Shown here: one piece after another, positions 23,222-34,800 of the stretch | Position numbering within the stretch: position 1 is the first letter of the stretch | Layout: the number at the start of each line of letters is the position of its first letter | Source: Azolla caroliniana | Lineage: Eukaryota > Plantae > Polypodiophyta | Assembly (NCBI GenBank): GCA_043228905.1 | Contig: JBHGNT010000005.1 | Location: forward strand, 14,570,001 to 14,634,000 | DNA: 64,000 nucleotides | Direction: 5' to 3' | Translations under genes and position numbers: made by a program | The notes under the pieces: generated by a model | Databases searched by the model: none | The model's input: the letters and a program-made list of their open reading frames with translations, nothing else | What the model was told of the DNA's origin: nothing

Positions 23222-24683
23222 CTTCCAACTCCGATTGTTTACCTTTGCTTCGAGTGGTCACCTGTTGAATATCGGGTATAACCATATTGACGGTCGTTGC
23301 CATCCCTTTTTGACTTGTTGGACATTGATTCATGTAATGCCCATCTGTCCTACATATGTAGCAATTCGGTACTGATGAGCCACTTGCTTCACTGGTTTCA
23401 TATTGCGGACGCCAATCATCGTTTGACTCAAAATTTTCTCTTTGCCGAGTGTCATGCTAAAATTGTCGAGAGCCCTTCGGCTTCTTATTATCATTGAACC
23501 GTCGATTACCTTGGTGATTATCATCTTGTCGTTGAAAGTTATTAGACTTTCGATTTTCTTGATAACGACCTTCTCTATATGGTTGTCGATTACCATTATC
23601 TCTTTGTGGTGAATAATCCCTATCATGATTATTCCGATCATCACGACGATAGTCGTTTTGTTGATTGTCATCCCTTCTTGGCTCATATTGGTCGTTCCGT
23701 TGATATTCATCTCGGCCATAATCGTTATCATTTCTACGATTATCATCCCGCTTATCTGAGTAATAACGATCCTCCTCCTGAGATTGGTTATTTGATCTAG
23801 TCCTACTCTCTTGATAAGAATTTTCTGGATGAATTCGTCGAACAAGTGGTGCCATTTCGTTAAGCAAATTATATTCACATTGTTCAACCGAATGAGCTTT
23901 AGAATGACATATAGTACAATGTGTGCGCAAACTAGTAGAATGACATATGAATCTAGTAGCTAATTGTTCGAATGAATCGAACACTCTGAGTTCGTTCTGG
24001 ACAAACCAATTTTCCGACGGACCATCGAGAGATAACACAAACTCAACCATTTTAGACTTGTCTTCGGCTACTGTCGACAGTCGTTAAGCCCCATGGTTAA
24101 TTTCCCATGTTGTCAAGAAATACCTAATGTGCGATTTTGCATGAACGCCATCTCGATACTTCGAGTATGGGTAAGGCATATTGTTGTCACCCCAGACGTC
24201 GTAGAAAAAAACTTGTTCGGATTGACCTTCGTCCGAACACGAACTCACTTACTAGGTAACTTACGATATCATATAGACGTATCGTGATCGACTAATTGAA
24301 ATAATATAATCGCAAGCAGAATATAATTGAGTCGAATAGAACAATAAATTACTCAAACAATATGAAGCACAGATTTCTACTAACTAATTTAAAGTCTATA
24401 TTAAACTCAAAATAGAACGATAGTGTTACAATGTCTTTGGCTCTTTTCTATAGGTAACCGAAGGTCAGACTCATCAAGAATTACATCTTGCCTCGTTGGC
24501 AAGAACTATCCAAAAATTCTAACTAACTTTACTATCTATAAATATTTTTATTTAGTCGGCAAAAATGCTGACTCATTGATCCGCCTTGTTGATCCGACTC
24601 CAACTCTATCTTTTTCGAACATTGTTGACTCCACCGCTTCCACACTTGTCTGACTCTTACCCTGACTGACTAACAGTGTGACA

Positions 24684-26647
24684 CAGAAACGACAAAGGAC
24701 GCACATTGGTGTGCCGCTATGGAGGAAGCGATGCGGGCACTTGTTGCCAACGACACCTGGGACCTGGTTGACCCTCCCCGACATTGTAAACTGATCAGTT
24801 GCAACTAGGTATACAAGGTAAAGTACAATGTTGACAGTTCAGTCAACCGATACAAGGCCTGATTAGTGGCCAAAGGGTATGCGCAGACCGATGGAATCGA
24901 TTACGACAAGACCTTCACCCCATTAGCGAAGATGACGACGGTTCGTGTGGTAATAGCGGTTGTTGCAGCAAGGGGGTGACATCTTCATCAAATGGACGTG
25001 AAGAATGTGTTTCTTCAGGGTGATCTTGAAGAACACGTCTAGATGATCCAACACCCCAGATTTCAGTCGGAGATGAACGGGTCGGCAGTCTGAGCTATGT
25101 TAGTGGCATTAAGTAGTAAGGACCGAGGACTATTATACCGAAAAGCTAGTCCAATATACAAATGCCATTTGGGTCGGTGATGCACCGGATTGCCAGTCCA
25201 CTTCAGGTTATATGTTTTCTCTTGGTAGTGGGGTTGTTGCGTGGAGCAGCAAGAAGTAGTCGACAATGGCTCTATCGAGCATTGAGGCTGAGTATCGGGG
25301 CATTACCATCGCCACCTGTGAAGCCATATGGCTTCGGCGGCTGTTGCAAGACCTCCGGATTGAAGTACCGACTCCGATCCCGATCTATTGCGACAACATG
25401 AGTAGTACGCAGCTAGCTAAGAACCCTGTGTTCCATGCTCAGACAAAGCCCATAGAAGTGCACTACCACTTTGTGTGCGAGCGGGTCTTGAGCGGTGAAT
25501 TCGAACTCTGGTATGTTCAAACGGATCAACAGGTTGCCAACATCTTCACCAAGGCCCTTGGAACTGACAAGTTGCAACATATTTCGGAGATGCTTGGTCT
25601 TCAGGATCTCGACATGCCGCACTTCAAGGGGAGAAAGGAGGAAACCGGAAAGGCAGGTAATGGCACTGGACAAGGAGCCAAAGAGAAGGAAACTGAAACA
25701 GGGGGAGACAAAAAGAAAAAGGGAGCCGAGTCGACTGAAGAAGATGGCATATCCGAACAAGTCGGAACAAGCGGTGATGACGACAGAGTCAAGAATGATA
25801 GAGCCAACCGGAAGGAGTAGGCCAAGACCCAGACATGGTCTGATGTTGTGAAGGGCCTGAAGATTGAGGACAAATTGGAGATAGCCAATTTGGACAAGAG
25901 CTGGAACGAATTGGAGGCACCCGATTCAGAAGAGGTGTTTGATTCAGAGGAACCGGATCAACCCAAGGTCAAATAGAGGACGAGGCAATAGAAGTCGACA
26001 CCGACATTGAAGAACCGACGGGTCGAGAAGCGTCAGAGTCGCAACATCAAAGGAGCTGAGATCGGTCATATGAGCAAACAAGCCGACCGAGAAGGTGCAC
26101 GGGACCGGACGAGTCGTGGAAAGCGGAACCGGACAGGTCTAGGAGCGTGAGCAAGGCGAGAAGACACCACAAGAAGCCGACTGCAAGGTTCGGCAAACAC
26201 TAACACAATGATCCGACCTCAAGTTGAGCTCAAGGGGGAGTGTTGAGCGGACAAGCTCAACTGGATCCGGATCGGTGTCCAGATAGATCGGTATCCGGAG
26301 CGGAGAACCAGATCAGAGAGACAGATCGGATTGTAACGTGTAGACCGTTAGAGGCCTACAATCTTAGCCTATTACGTAGGCATATTCCTTGGAGTTAGTG
26401 TCAGTCGCTCGTATGAGCATTGAAGTACTTGTTAGTAGTTCTGTTAGTCCTTTTAAGGACTTGTATAAAAGTGCTCACTAAGCACATTGTATATACAGAG
26501 TGATATTTTGGAAATTGAGTTTATGCTATTCTGCTCTCTCGGTCTCTCCTTTGTGTTTTCAAGCTTTCATTAAACCTTATCTTTGTTCTTCTGTTGGTAT
26601 CCGGCAAAGCCGGTTTGTCTACACGCTTCCACACAGAATTCTTTTCA
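24684..26647 (+). mobile_element. Truncated Copia: RT/RNase H fragments, PPT 26221-26240 and 3' LTR 26241-26647
   Basis: Motifs YKVKYNVDSSVNRYKA, HQMDVKNVFLQGDL, IYCDNMS and NPVFHAQTKPIEVHYHF. AAGGGGGAG is followed by TGTTG. Related to 32462-45738. Confidence 0.85.
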
Positions 26648-27284
26648 AGAAGCAAAGGATTAAGGAACATTCAAATGAGGTCGAAGGTTCAAATCTGTTA
26701 GTGTACCTAGCAGTTACACGGAAATTGCGACATGTGACGACGACTGAACGTGGCCTAGTCAATCCTTACTAGAAGCCCTAATGACGAATTATGCGACTTA
26801 TCGAAATGTTCTCTAACAAAGGATATTGGATTTTAGATTTGTTTTCCGGCACGAGTATGTTCTTAGACTTTTCACTACAAAAGTATATACTTATTGGTTG
26901 TCTAATTGAAGCTATGATCTTATTATTTTCGTGATAGGTACGACATTTGCATGCGCCTTGAAACGATTTCGGAATACAGGTGCATTGGAGAAGGCCAACG
27001 AGCAAGTATGTTTCATTAATATGCGGATTAAAGACTTATGGGAGTACACAGATCGAGACGAGCTAGGGGCAAAGCATATTGTAGGTACGGAACGGTTTCA
27101 AGCTACCTCTCGCAAGCCTATTCCTCCCTTGGCTCGTGAACCTGGGGAGCTTATAGAACTAGACAATGAGATTTTTGAGGACCCCACGGTAGCCAGTCTA
27201 ATTGGAGTGGATGCCAATGCACAAAATTTTGAGGACAATTCTCAAAATGAAGACGAAGAGAAAGATGAACTTATAGCAATGTAA
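26648..27284 (+). pseudogene. C-terminal fragment of a beta-class N4-cytosine/N6-adenine DNA methyltransferase (N6_N4_Mtase-like) with one intron (26855-26937)
   Basis: Spliced translation NPY*KP**RIMRLIEMFSNKGYWILDLFSGT|STTFACALKRFRNTGALEKANEQVCFINMRI fits HPxQKPxxL..RLI...SN.GD.VLD.F.G.GTT..AA....R...G.E. The intron reads GTATGT...TGATAG. Confidence 0.8.
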
Positions 27285-27964
27285 TGAAATTTGTATTTTA
27301 TAAAAAACATTGTAATCAAAGTTTTATTCTCTATAAAGTAAGTTTGATTCCATGTTTATATTGTTTCTTTAAATATTTCTACCAATGTTTTTATTGTTAT
27401 ACTGTGTTGTTGCTATCGACGTTAAACAACATTACTAAGCTTTACTAAGCTACATGTTTTAATCGATGTACTTGTTATAATCATTTTAATCTAAGCTTCA
27501 CTTTTGATCATCGAATATGTTCTACAATTTGAACCCACTTTACTTTTGGGTGTGTGACCATAATGAGTGTCCAAGTGTATCCATTATACGATATGTGTGT
27601 ATGGGTGTCCTCTCTCATAGTTGTGTATTGGGGAAACTCTCTCATGGATGTGTCTATCGGGCAACATTCAGTAAGTATTAGAGTGCATAACACATAATCA
27701 CTAACTATTGCTATCACTTCCATTTCTACTCCCTACACCTCCACATGATGGTTAAACATGGAGATCAATTGTTGTATAGACCATGTGTCATAGTCTATAG
27801 TTTAACTACATTTAAAGTCCGAAGATCATGATTTTCTCAACGTTTCAACCAACTTTGCAAATTGCATCATACAGTTTGAAAGTTTAACAATTGTTAATTG
27901 AATAAAGAATTTTCATATGATATAATTTTAAATAGTTTCGTATTTGAAGATCATCAACTTTAAC

Positions 27965-29075
27965 AATGGGAACGCATCCGTCACTATAGCGTCATTCAAT
28001 TTCTTGTAGTTGACACACACCCAAATTTTCCCATTCTTCTTAGGTATGACTACTATGGGACTTAGCCACATGGCCTCCTTTACTGGCCGAATGAAGTCAA
28101 TCTCCTCCTTGACTTTGACGACGTAATTCGGGTTCATTTGGTAACGTTGTTGTTGTACTGGCTTAGCATCCTTACTGAGATGTATTTGGTGTTGATCAAA
28201 CTTGGGGTTGAGCCCCTTCCTTTAGTTATGTGACCATGCAAATACATCACGAGAATCTTTTAGGAACGCAATCATTGCCGCTCTGTCGACCGATTTTAGT
28301 TCTTTCGTTATGCTTACTAGGTGATGATCATCTATTGTTCCTAAGTTGACCTCCTCCAAGGTCAACACCTTCACACATCGGGATATTTCCATTTTGTGCT
28401 TTAATGCCTCTTAGGCATTCTATAATTCAGCTATAGCTTCCAGGTCCGGCTCCAGTAATTCTTCTTCCGTCTGTGTCCTTCTCGGACACATACGGGTTGA
28501 CCGCTTCGATTCCATCTATTTCGATCAGTGGTATTAGCTTTGGGTTTTCTTCCAAATAATGGTCGACCTCCTTGTCGGCCAATTCATCAAGCATGTGAAC
28601 CTCTTCTGCATAAAGTGGTGTCATCCCCTTCTTCGTCGTGACACGTGAATCTTGTGTCAGCCTCTTTGGAAGCTAATCATGTTGTTCTACCAATTCTGTT
28701 TAATATTTGTTATGTGCAACCATGGTCGACCCAACAGAAGGGGATATGTCCCAAGTGCATCAAGTTGTAACACGATTGTTGAAATCTTAAACGAATATCC
28801 TCCAATTATGATTTCTAGTTTTCAGATCAGTTCAAGAGGTCGGACGGAGCTCATGTTGGCCATACGATGCTAGATTGGGTAGACCTCCCATTGCTCAACA
28901 CCAAGGTGATTGCATGTTGCCTTGCTGATTACATTCACTATGGACCCTCCGTCGATGATGCAACTAGGGACATATTGTCCCTTCATGATAATCTTTGCTA
29001 GAGAGTTCTGGTGGTTCATTACCATAGGTCCTTTAGTTGATTTGGCAAAGTGACCAGACACACTCAACTGCTCTT
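27965..29075 (-). pseudogene. pol: Decayed Gypsy protease-RT fragment of the 5283-15081 family
   Basis: IIDGGSIVNV and MNPNYVVKVKEEID...WLSPIVVIPKKNGKIWVCVNY, with many stops. Confidence 0.9.
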
Positions 29076-30418
29076 CATTCCCCCGGGGGCTCCATTATAT
29101 ATAAAGAGGTTATACCACGTGCATTCGCGACACCTTTTTAAACCCCTTATACGTTGTCGTGAAGATCCGTCACTACGCGCGGATCGTGAGGCGGATATGC
29201 CCGGGTTCTGGACCGGAAGGATTCAAAATCGGTACAAGCTTTGGCGAGAAAGTACTTAAGATAGATTGGGAAAGAGAGAAGTTGAGACTAAACGATTGAG
29301 AGAGATTGATTAAACTTTTATCTTTGGATTTAAGAAACAAGTTACACCATCAATTTGATAACGAATTTCTTCTTCTTAATTTCATAACCCAAAAAAAAAC
29401 GCCTTTTTCTCCTCCCCCTTCCTTCTTTTATAGATGCTCTCATGCATATGATGCATGTGAGGGTACAAGACATGCATAAAATGCATGTTTGCCATTTGGC
29501 GCTTGTGTATTACATGTGGTGCATGATAACCATGTCACTCATTTTAGCTCTCATGTATGAGAATTTACATGTAAAAGTACAATGATAGAAATATAAATTC
29601 AACTAAATGGCATGGCTTAATGGTAAGCCAATTGACTCCTAACTCGGAGGTGTAGTTCGAATCCTTACTTGCCCTCCTTGTATATGTATATATGTATATA
29701 TATTTATATATTTATTTATCTAGTCATCGGACGCCGGTTCGCCGGATGCCGTCGGTTACCGGTGCCGCGCCGGATGCTGTCGTCTCACCGGCGCCGGATG
29801 TCGTCACCGAGCCGGTTGCCGCTGGATACCGGTGCCGCCGCTGGATGCCGTCATCGGATGCCACCGGATGCCGTCGGTTACCGGTGCCTCGCCAGATGTC
29901 GTCGTCTCACCGGCGCCGGATGCCGGTGTCTCACTGGCGCCGGCTCCATCGCCGGTTCAGTTTTGGTTGGCCAAAACCCTTTACGAGTAGCTAGCCCACC
30001 TCCACTCTTAGTTCAAGTTACCTTGAACTCTCTATGCTCCACACATAGACACAAAGATAATATCTTTTGCTCTACCTTATATATGATGAGAGTTGTATTT
30101 GTCGTGCCTATGTGGGATATCTCACAATTTTCTCTTTTTTCCTTTCACAAACTTTATACCCTCATATCTTGACATTTAGTTGTCCGTTTCTCGTGTAATA
30201 AAGTGCATTCGAAACCTCCATCCTTTTGTACTTAGATATCAAATTTATTTAAAATGTAATCTTCACAATTATTGTATTATGTGATTCATACTCGATTTTG
30301 TACGTTTTATGGGATTTTCACACTATTGCCGAAAATCTTCATGACATCCACCCCCACCAAATCGCACGTCCTTCGGTACGTGCCAAGAAGAGAGAAAGTG
30401 AGCTTTCGGCTACGGTGA

Positions 30419-31857
30419 TCAATTAGATTCCTCCATGTCTTCATTTACATCCGCCCTATTATGTTCATCGTCGAGGTGATCGAGGTTAGGATCCTTGTAT
30501 TGTCTTTTCTTGAAAATCTTTACTCTTTTTCCCACAATGGGTACAACCAACCTTGATCCGTCTAGTTCCGCAAGGTGGTATGTGGCATTATCGTTGGCAC
30601 TTGTCACCACATACGGCCCGAACCATCTTCTTGCGAACTTCCTTATTGTACTGTGTTGATTGTCAAGGGTGCTGTCATAAACCAAAACCCAATCCCCTTC
30701 TTCAATCTTCTTGGGACGAAGTCGATGCGTGTTGTCGAACCAAACTTTGTTCCTTACTCGGGCTGCCTCCATCATCTTTCGCGCTTTTTCTAAATCTTCT
30801 GGTCTTCTTTCAAGTTGCCTTATCCGCGCTGCTAATAACTCTTCTCGGCTCATCTCATTCTCCCATGGTATCGCTACCCATGAGGCGATCGTCCTTTCGA
30901 TGGGCATAATCGGCTTTTGTCCATACATAAGCTCCGTCGGCATATACCCTGTCACCGAGCTATGTGTCGTTCTATCGTCCCACAAGGCATAGGGTAATAG
31001 TCGTGGCCAATTCCCGACTCGACCATTGCATGCCCGTATGATGGCTTTAACGATAGGTCCATGCCCTCGCTCTATCTTCCCATTCGCTTCCAGATTGTAG
31101 GCAGTCGTGAGGGAGAGCTTCACGCCTAGTCTTTCAAAGAGCTTCGTCGCTTCGTGCGCGTCCAACTCCCCTCGATCGGCCACTATATTCCCTACACATC
31201 CATATCGATAAATAACCTCTTCAAGCAGAAATTTGCAAATGGCTGAAGTCGTCTTATTTGTCAAGGCTCTTCCTTCCACTTGATTTGTCAAGTCTACCCT
31301 TGCTAGCGCTAAGTACTTCATTTGTCCCACTCCCATTGGCATCGAGACCAGATCCACCATCCATTTGAAGTGTATGGTGAGTGGGTATGTCGGCTGTAAC
31401 TCATCACGATGACGTATATTTGAATATATTTGGCAATGAAATGGAGTACATCTTTGTACATGCTTGGCCACCAATACATCTCCTTCAACTTTTCGAACGT
31501 CGCCCATGTTCCTCTATGACCTGCCCAAGCACTCTCGTGGAATTCGGTCATCACCGTCTCTTGCTCTTCTTTCTTTACCACCACTCGACGTGGTATTCCT
31601 GTCCTTCTTTTTGGATGTCGCCAAAGGAATCCTCCCTTCAAGAAGTATCGGTAAGCTTTCTTTCGGATTCGTAGGGCCTCCTCCTTTGTCAACGAAGCAT
31701 CTGTCGTCAATGTTCTTAGGAATCTACCGATGAGTAACCACTCTCCTTCGTACTCGTTCTCGTTGAAGGCGTGGAGGGTTTGCGTGTCCTGGTCTTCCGC
31801 CGACAATCGAGCCATCTTGAAGAAGTCGAGGGCGACATCTTCATCTTCCGAAACCAT
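30419..31857 (-). pseudogene. pol: Integrase of the Ylt1-like element (frameshifted)
   Basis: Motifs HESAWAGHRG, WMVDLV, VADRGE, YNLEANGKIERGH and WFGPY. Confidence 0.9.
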
Positions 31858-34800
31858 GTTACTTCCATTTGAAAATCTTGCCCTCGACTACATGTCAGCC
31901 ATGGCGTTCTTCTTCCTTGCAATGTGACGGATCTCTGGGTTTAAAGATTTGATGTAGGCGATCCACCTTAGCATAGCAAGATCTGGGGTTGCACATCCCG
32001 AGACCATTCCGAGAATTGGGAGACAATCTGTCTCTATTATCACTTCTGACCAGATTAGGTAATCTTTGTCCGTCTTCACTGCCGGCACAATACCCCAAAG
32101 TTCCCGCTTGACTTGGGCATATCTTTGTTGCTGTTCGCTGAGAACCTTTGCTCCGAACCGAACGGCATATCACGCATTATCTTCACCTTCTTGATTGATG
32201 ACCCACCCGATTCCGGTTGGGCTCGTATCTACGGTCATGTAAATTGGTTTCCCTTTCGCATAGTCGGCCTTCCTTAGTGCCGAAGCTTCAAGAAGCAGTT
32301 TCTTTAATCTTCCATCGCATTTGTGTGCTAGTCTCACCATTCGAACTTCATTCTTTGCTTTAGTAGTCCATATAACGGTTCGGCGACATGAGCGTAGTGA
32401 GGAATCCATATATGATAAAACGCGCATGCTCCAATGAACCTTCGAACCTCCGTTTGGTTTTTGTAGAAAGTAACGTGCGGAAGCAAGTATGAAGACCGAA
32501 CAGAAGGAAGGAAACTCAGGTTCAATGGAGAGCTTGAGCTTACGCAGTATACGCGGGAGAGACAGAGAGAGAAACACCAAAAAATTATATTCAACAATAA
32601 TACTCAATCTGTACATAAGACGTCTTCAGTGAACACTTTTATACAAGTCCTAGAAGGACTGACCGAAGTACTGACAGTACTTCAATGCTCATTAAGAGCT
32701 CCTACACTAACTCCCAAATATATTCCTCACGGAATATCTTTCCTAACGACCTCCCGGTTTATGCACTCGGCCTAACCGATCGGTCCCAACCGATCCGGTC
32801 CTCGGCTTCTTCAGCCGATCCGGCCGACATTGAGCTTGTCTCTCAACACTCCCCCTCAAGCTCAACTTGAGGCTCTTCGGGATCTACACAACACCGGTTC
32901 CTCCTGGCTTCTCGCCTCGCTCGCACTCCTCAACCTGTTCGACTCCACACGCTTCGACCCTTCCGGTCGGCTTGTATGCTCATGCGGCCCTTATCAGCTC
33001 TTTTGTTGTTGCGGTGTTGACGCTTCTCCTGCTGCCTTTTCTTCCGCTTGGGCCTCGGTTGATTCAGCGTGTCTGAATCAAACATCTGAACCGACTCGGC
33101 TACCTCCGATCGGTTTTCGCTCTCGTCCGAGTTGGTTGTCTCCAACTCGTCTTCGGTCTTCTCGCCTTCGATGGCGTCATCTTCCCCATGCGTGGTAGGA
33201 TTCGGCTCTCTCCTTCGGTTGCTCCCTTTTTGTCTGCTTCCGAACTTTTTCGCGGGTCCGCCCTCGGCTTCTTCAGCCGATCTGATGTCGAACTTGTCAA
33301 CCGACTCGGTGTCGCGGTGTCCGCTCCTTTCCTGCTGCCTTGCTTGGTCGTTCGGGACTATTCTCCCCCTCAAGTTTGGCACGTCAAGGTGACGCAACCC
33401 GAGCGCACCTGAGAATTGCCGCAACTTGTCCAGACCAAGAGGCTTGGTGAAGATGTCGACAGTATGCCGATCCGTCAGAACGTACTGAAGTTCAACTTCA
33501 CTGGAAAGGACACGCTCACGGACGAAATGGTAGTGCACCTCAATGTGCTTGGTCCGTGCGTGGAAGACAGGGTTCTTCGCGAGTTGGATGCTGCTGAGGT
33601 TGTCGCAGTAGATCATCGTTGGATCGGTCACCTCCTCTTGCAGGTCCTTAAGTAGCCACTTCAACCATATGGCTTCACATGTCACGACAGCCGCTCCTCG
33701 GTACTCAGCTTCGGTGCTCGACAGTGCAACTGTCGGCTGCTTCTTACTGCTCCATGCTATCGCGGCACTCCCGAGGGAGAACGCGTATCCAGACGTGGAT
33801 CGGCGATCGGCGGCATTGCCAACCCAATAAGCATCGGTGTAGCCGACTAACTGCTCGGCTACACAGGTCCGATATAGCAGTCTGCGGTCCTTAGTGCCGC
33901 TTACGTACCGCAGTATGCGTTGCGCACACTGAAGGTGCTCCTCGGTAGGTCGCGCCATGAACTGATTGATCACCCCGACCGGATAACTGAGGTCGGGTCG
34001 GGTGATGGTCAAGTATATGAGGCTTCCGACAATTTGTCGGAACCTCGTCGGGTCGCATACCTTTCCCGTATCGGGACGAAGCTTAACGATACTGTCCAGA
34101 GGAGTCGAGACGGACTTACAGTCGGCCATCCCGAGCTTGAAGAGCATACTCAGCACGTAATGAGGTTGGCTGATCAATATGCCTTCGGGGGTACGGATCA
34201 CTTCAATCCCGAGGAAGTAATGAAGGTCCCCCAGATCCTTCATGTCGAATGATGCCGCAAGCTGGAGCTTCACGCGGTCGATTTCACCAAGGTCGGTGCC
34301 GGTGATGACCAAGTCATCAACATATACTAAAATACTAACCGGTCCGAGTTGACCTTTCCGAATGAACAGGGAAGAGTCCGATTTTGACGTGGCGAAGCCC
34401 ATCCAACGCAGTTGTTGCGTGATCTTCGCGTTCCAGGTACGCGGGGCTTGCTTCAGTCCGTAAAGGGACTTCTTCAGTCGACATACTGCCGAGGAGTTCG
34501 TTCCGGAGTGCAATCCGGGGGGCTATACCATGTACCTTGCAGGAACGCATTCTTTACATCCATCTGATGTAAGTGCCACCCCTTGGCCGCGGCTACTACG
34601 AGCAAGACCGGCGCAAACGTCTCATCGTAGTTGATGCCGTGTTTCTACGCGTAGCCCTTTGCCACTAGCCGAGCCTTGTACCGGTTGACCGAGCCATCGG
34701 TGTTGTACTTGACTTTGTACACCCATCTACACCCGATCGGCTTCACACCCTTCGGTGCGTCAACCAGGTCCCAGGTCTCGTTCTCCGCCAATGCGTGCAT

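Larger units (their letters stand above)
18086..24683 (-). mobile_element. Decayed relative of the 5283-15081 Gypsy: protease 18086-18757, gag 23222-24205, probable LTR about 24213-24683
   Basis: TIVDDGLGVNAINKTTCDKLGITKWDACPF and CTICHSKAHSVEQCEYNLLN align with the intact element. Split by the insertion at 18758-23221. Confidence 0.75.

Noticed and set aside
26648-27284. Bacterial contamination as the source of the MTase
   Set aside because: It has a GT-AG intron, shows C>T decay, and joins directly to a plant Copia LTR.
29091-29150. Helitron 5' end (TCCATTATATATAAAG)
   Set aside because: It is not at an A|T target, and no hairpin plus CTRR 3' end was found in 56198-58155.
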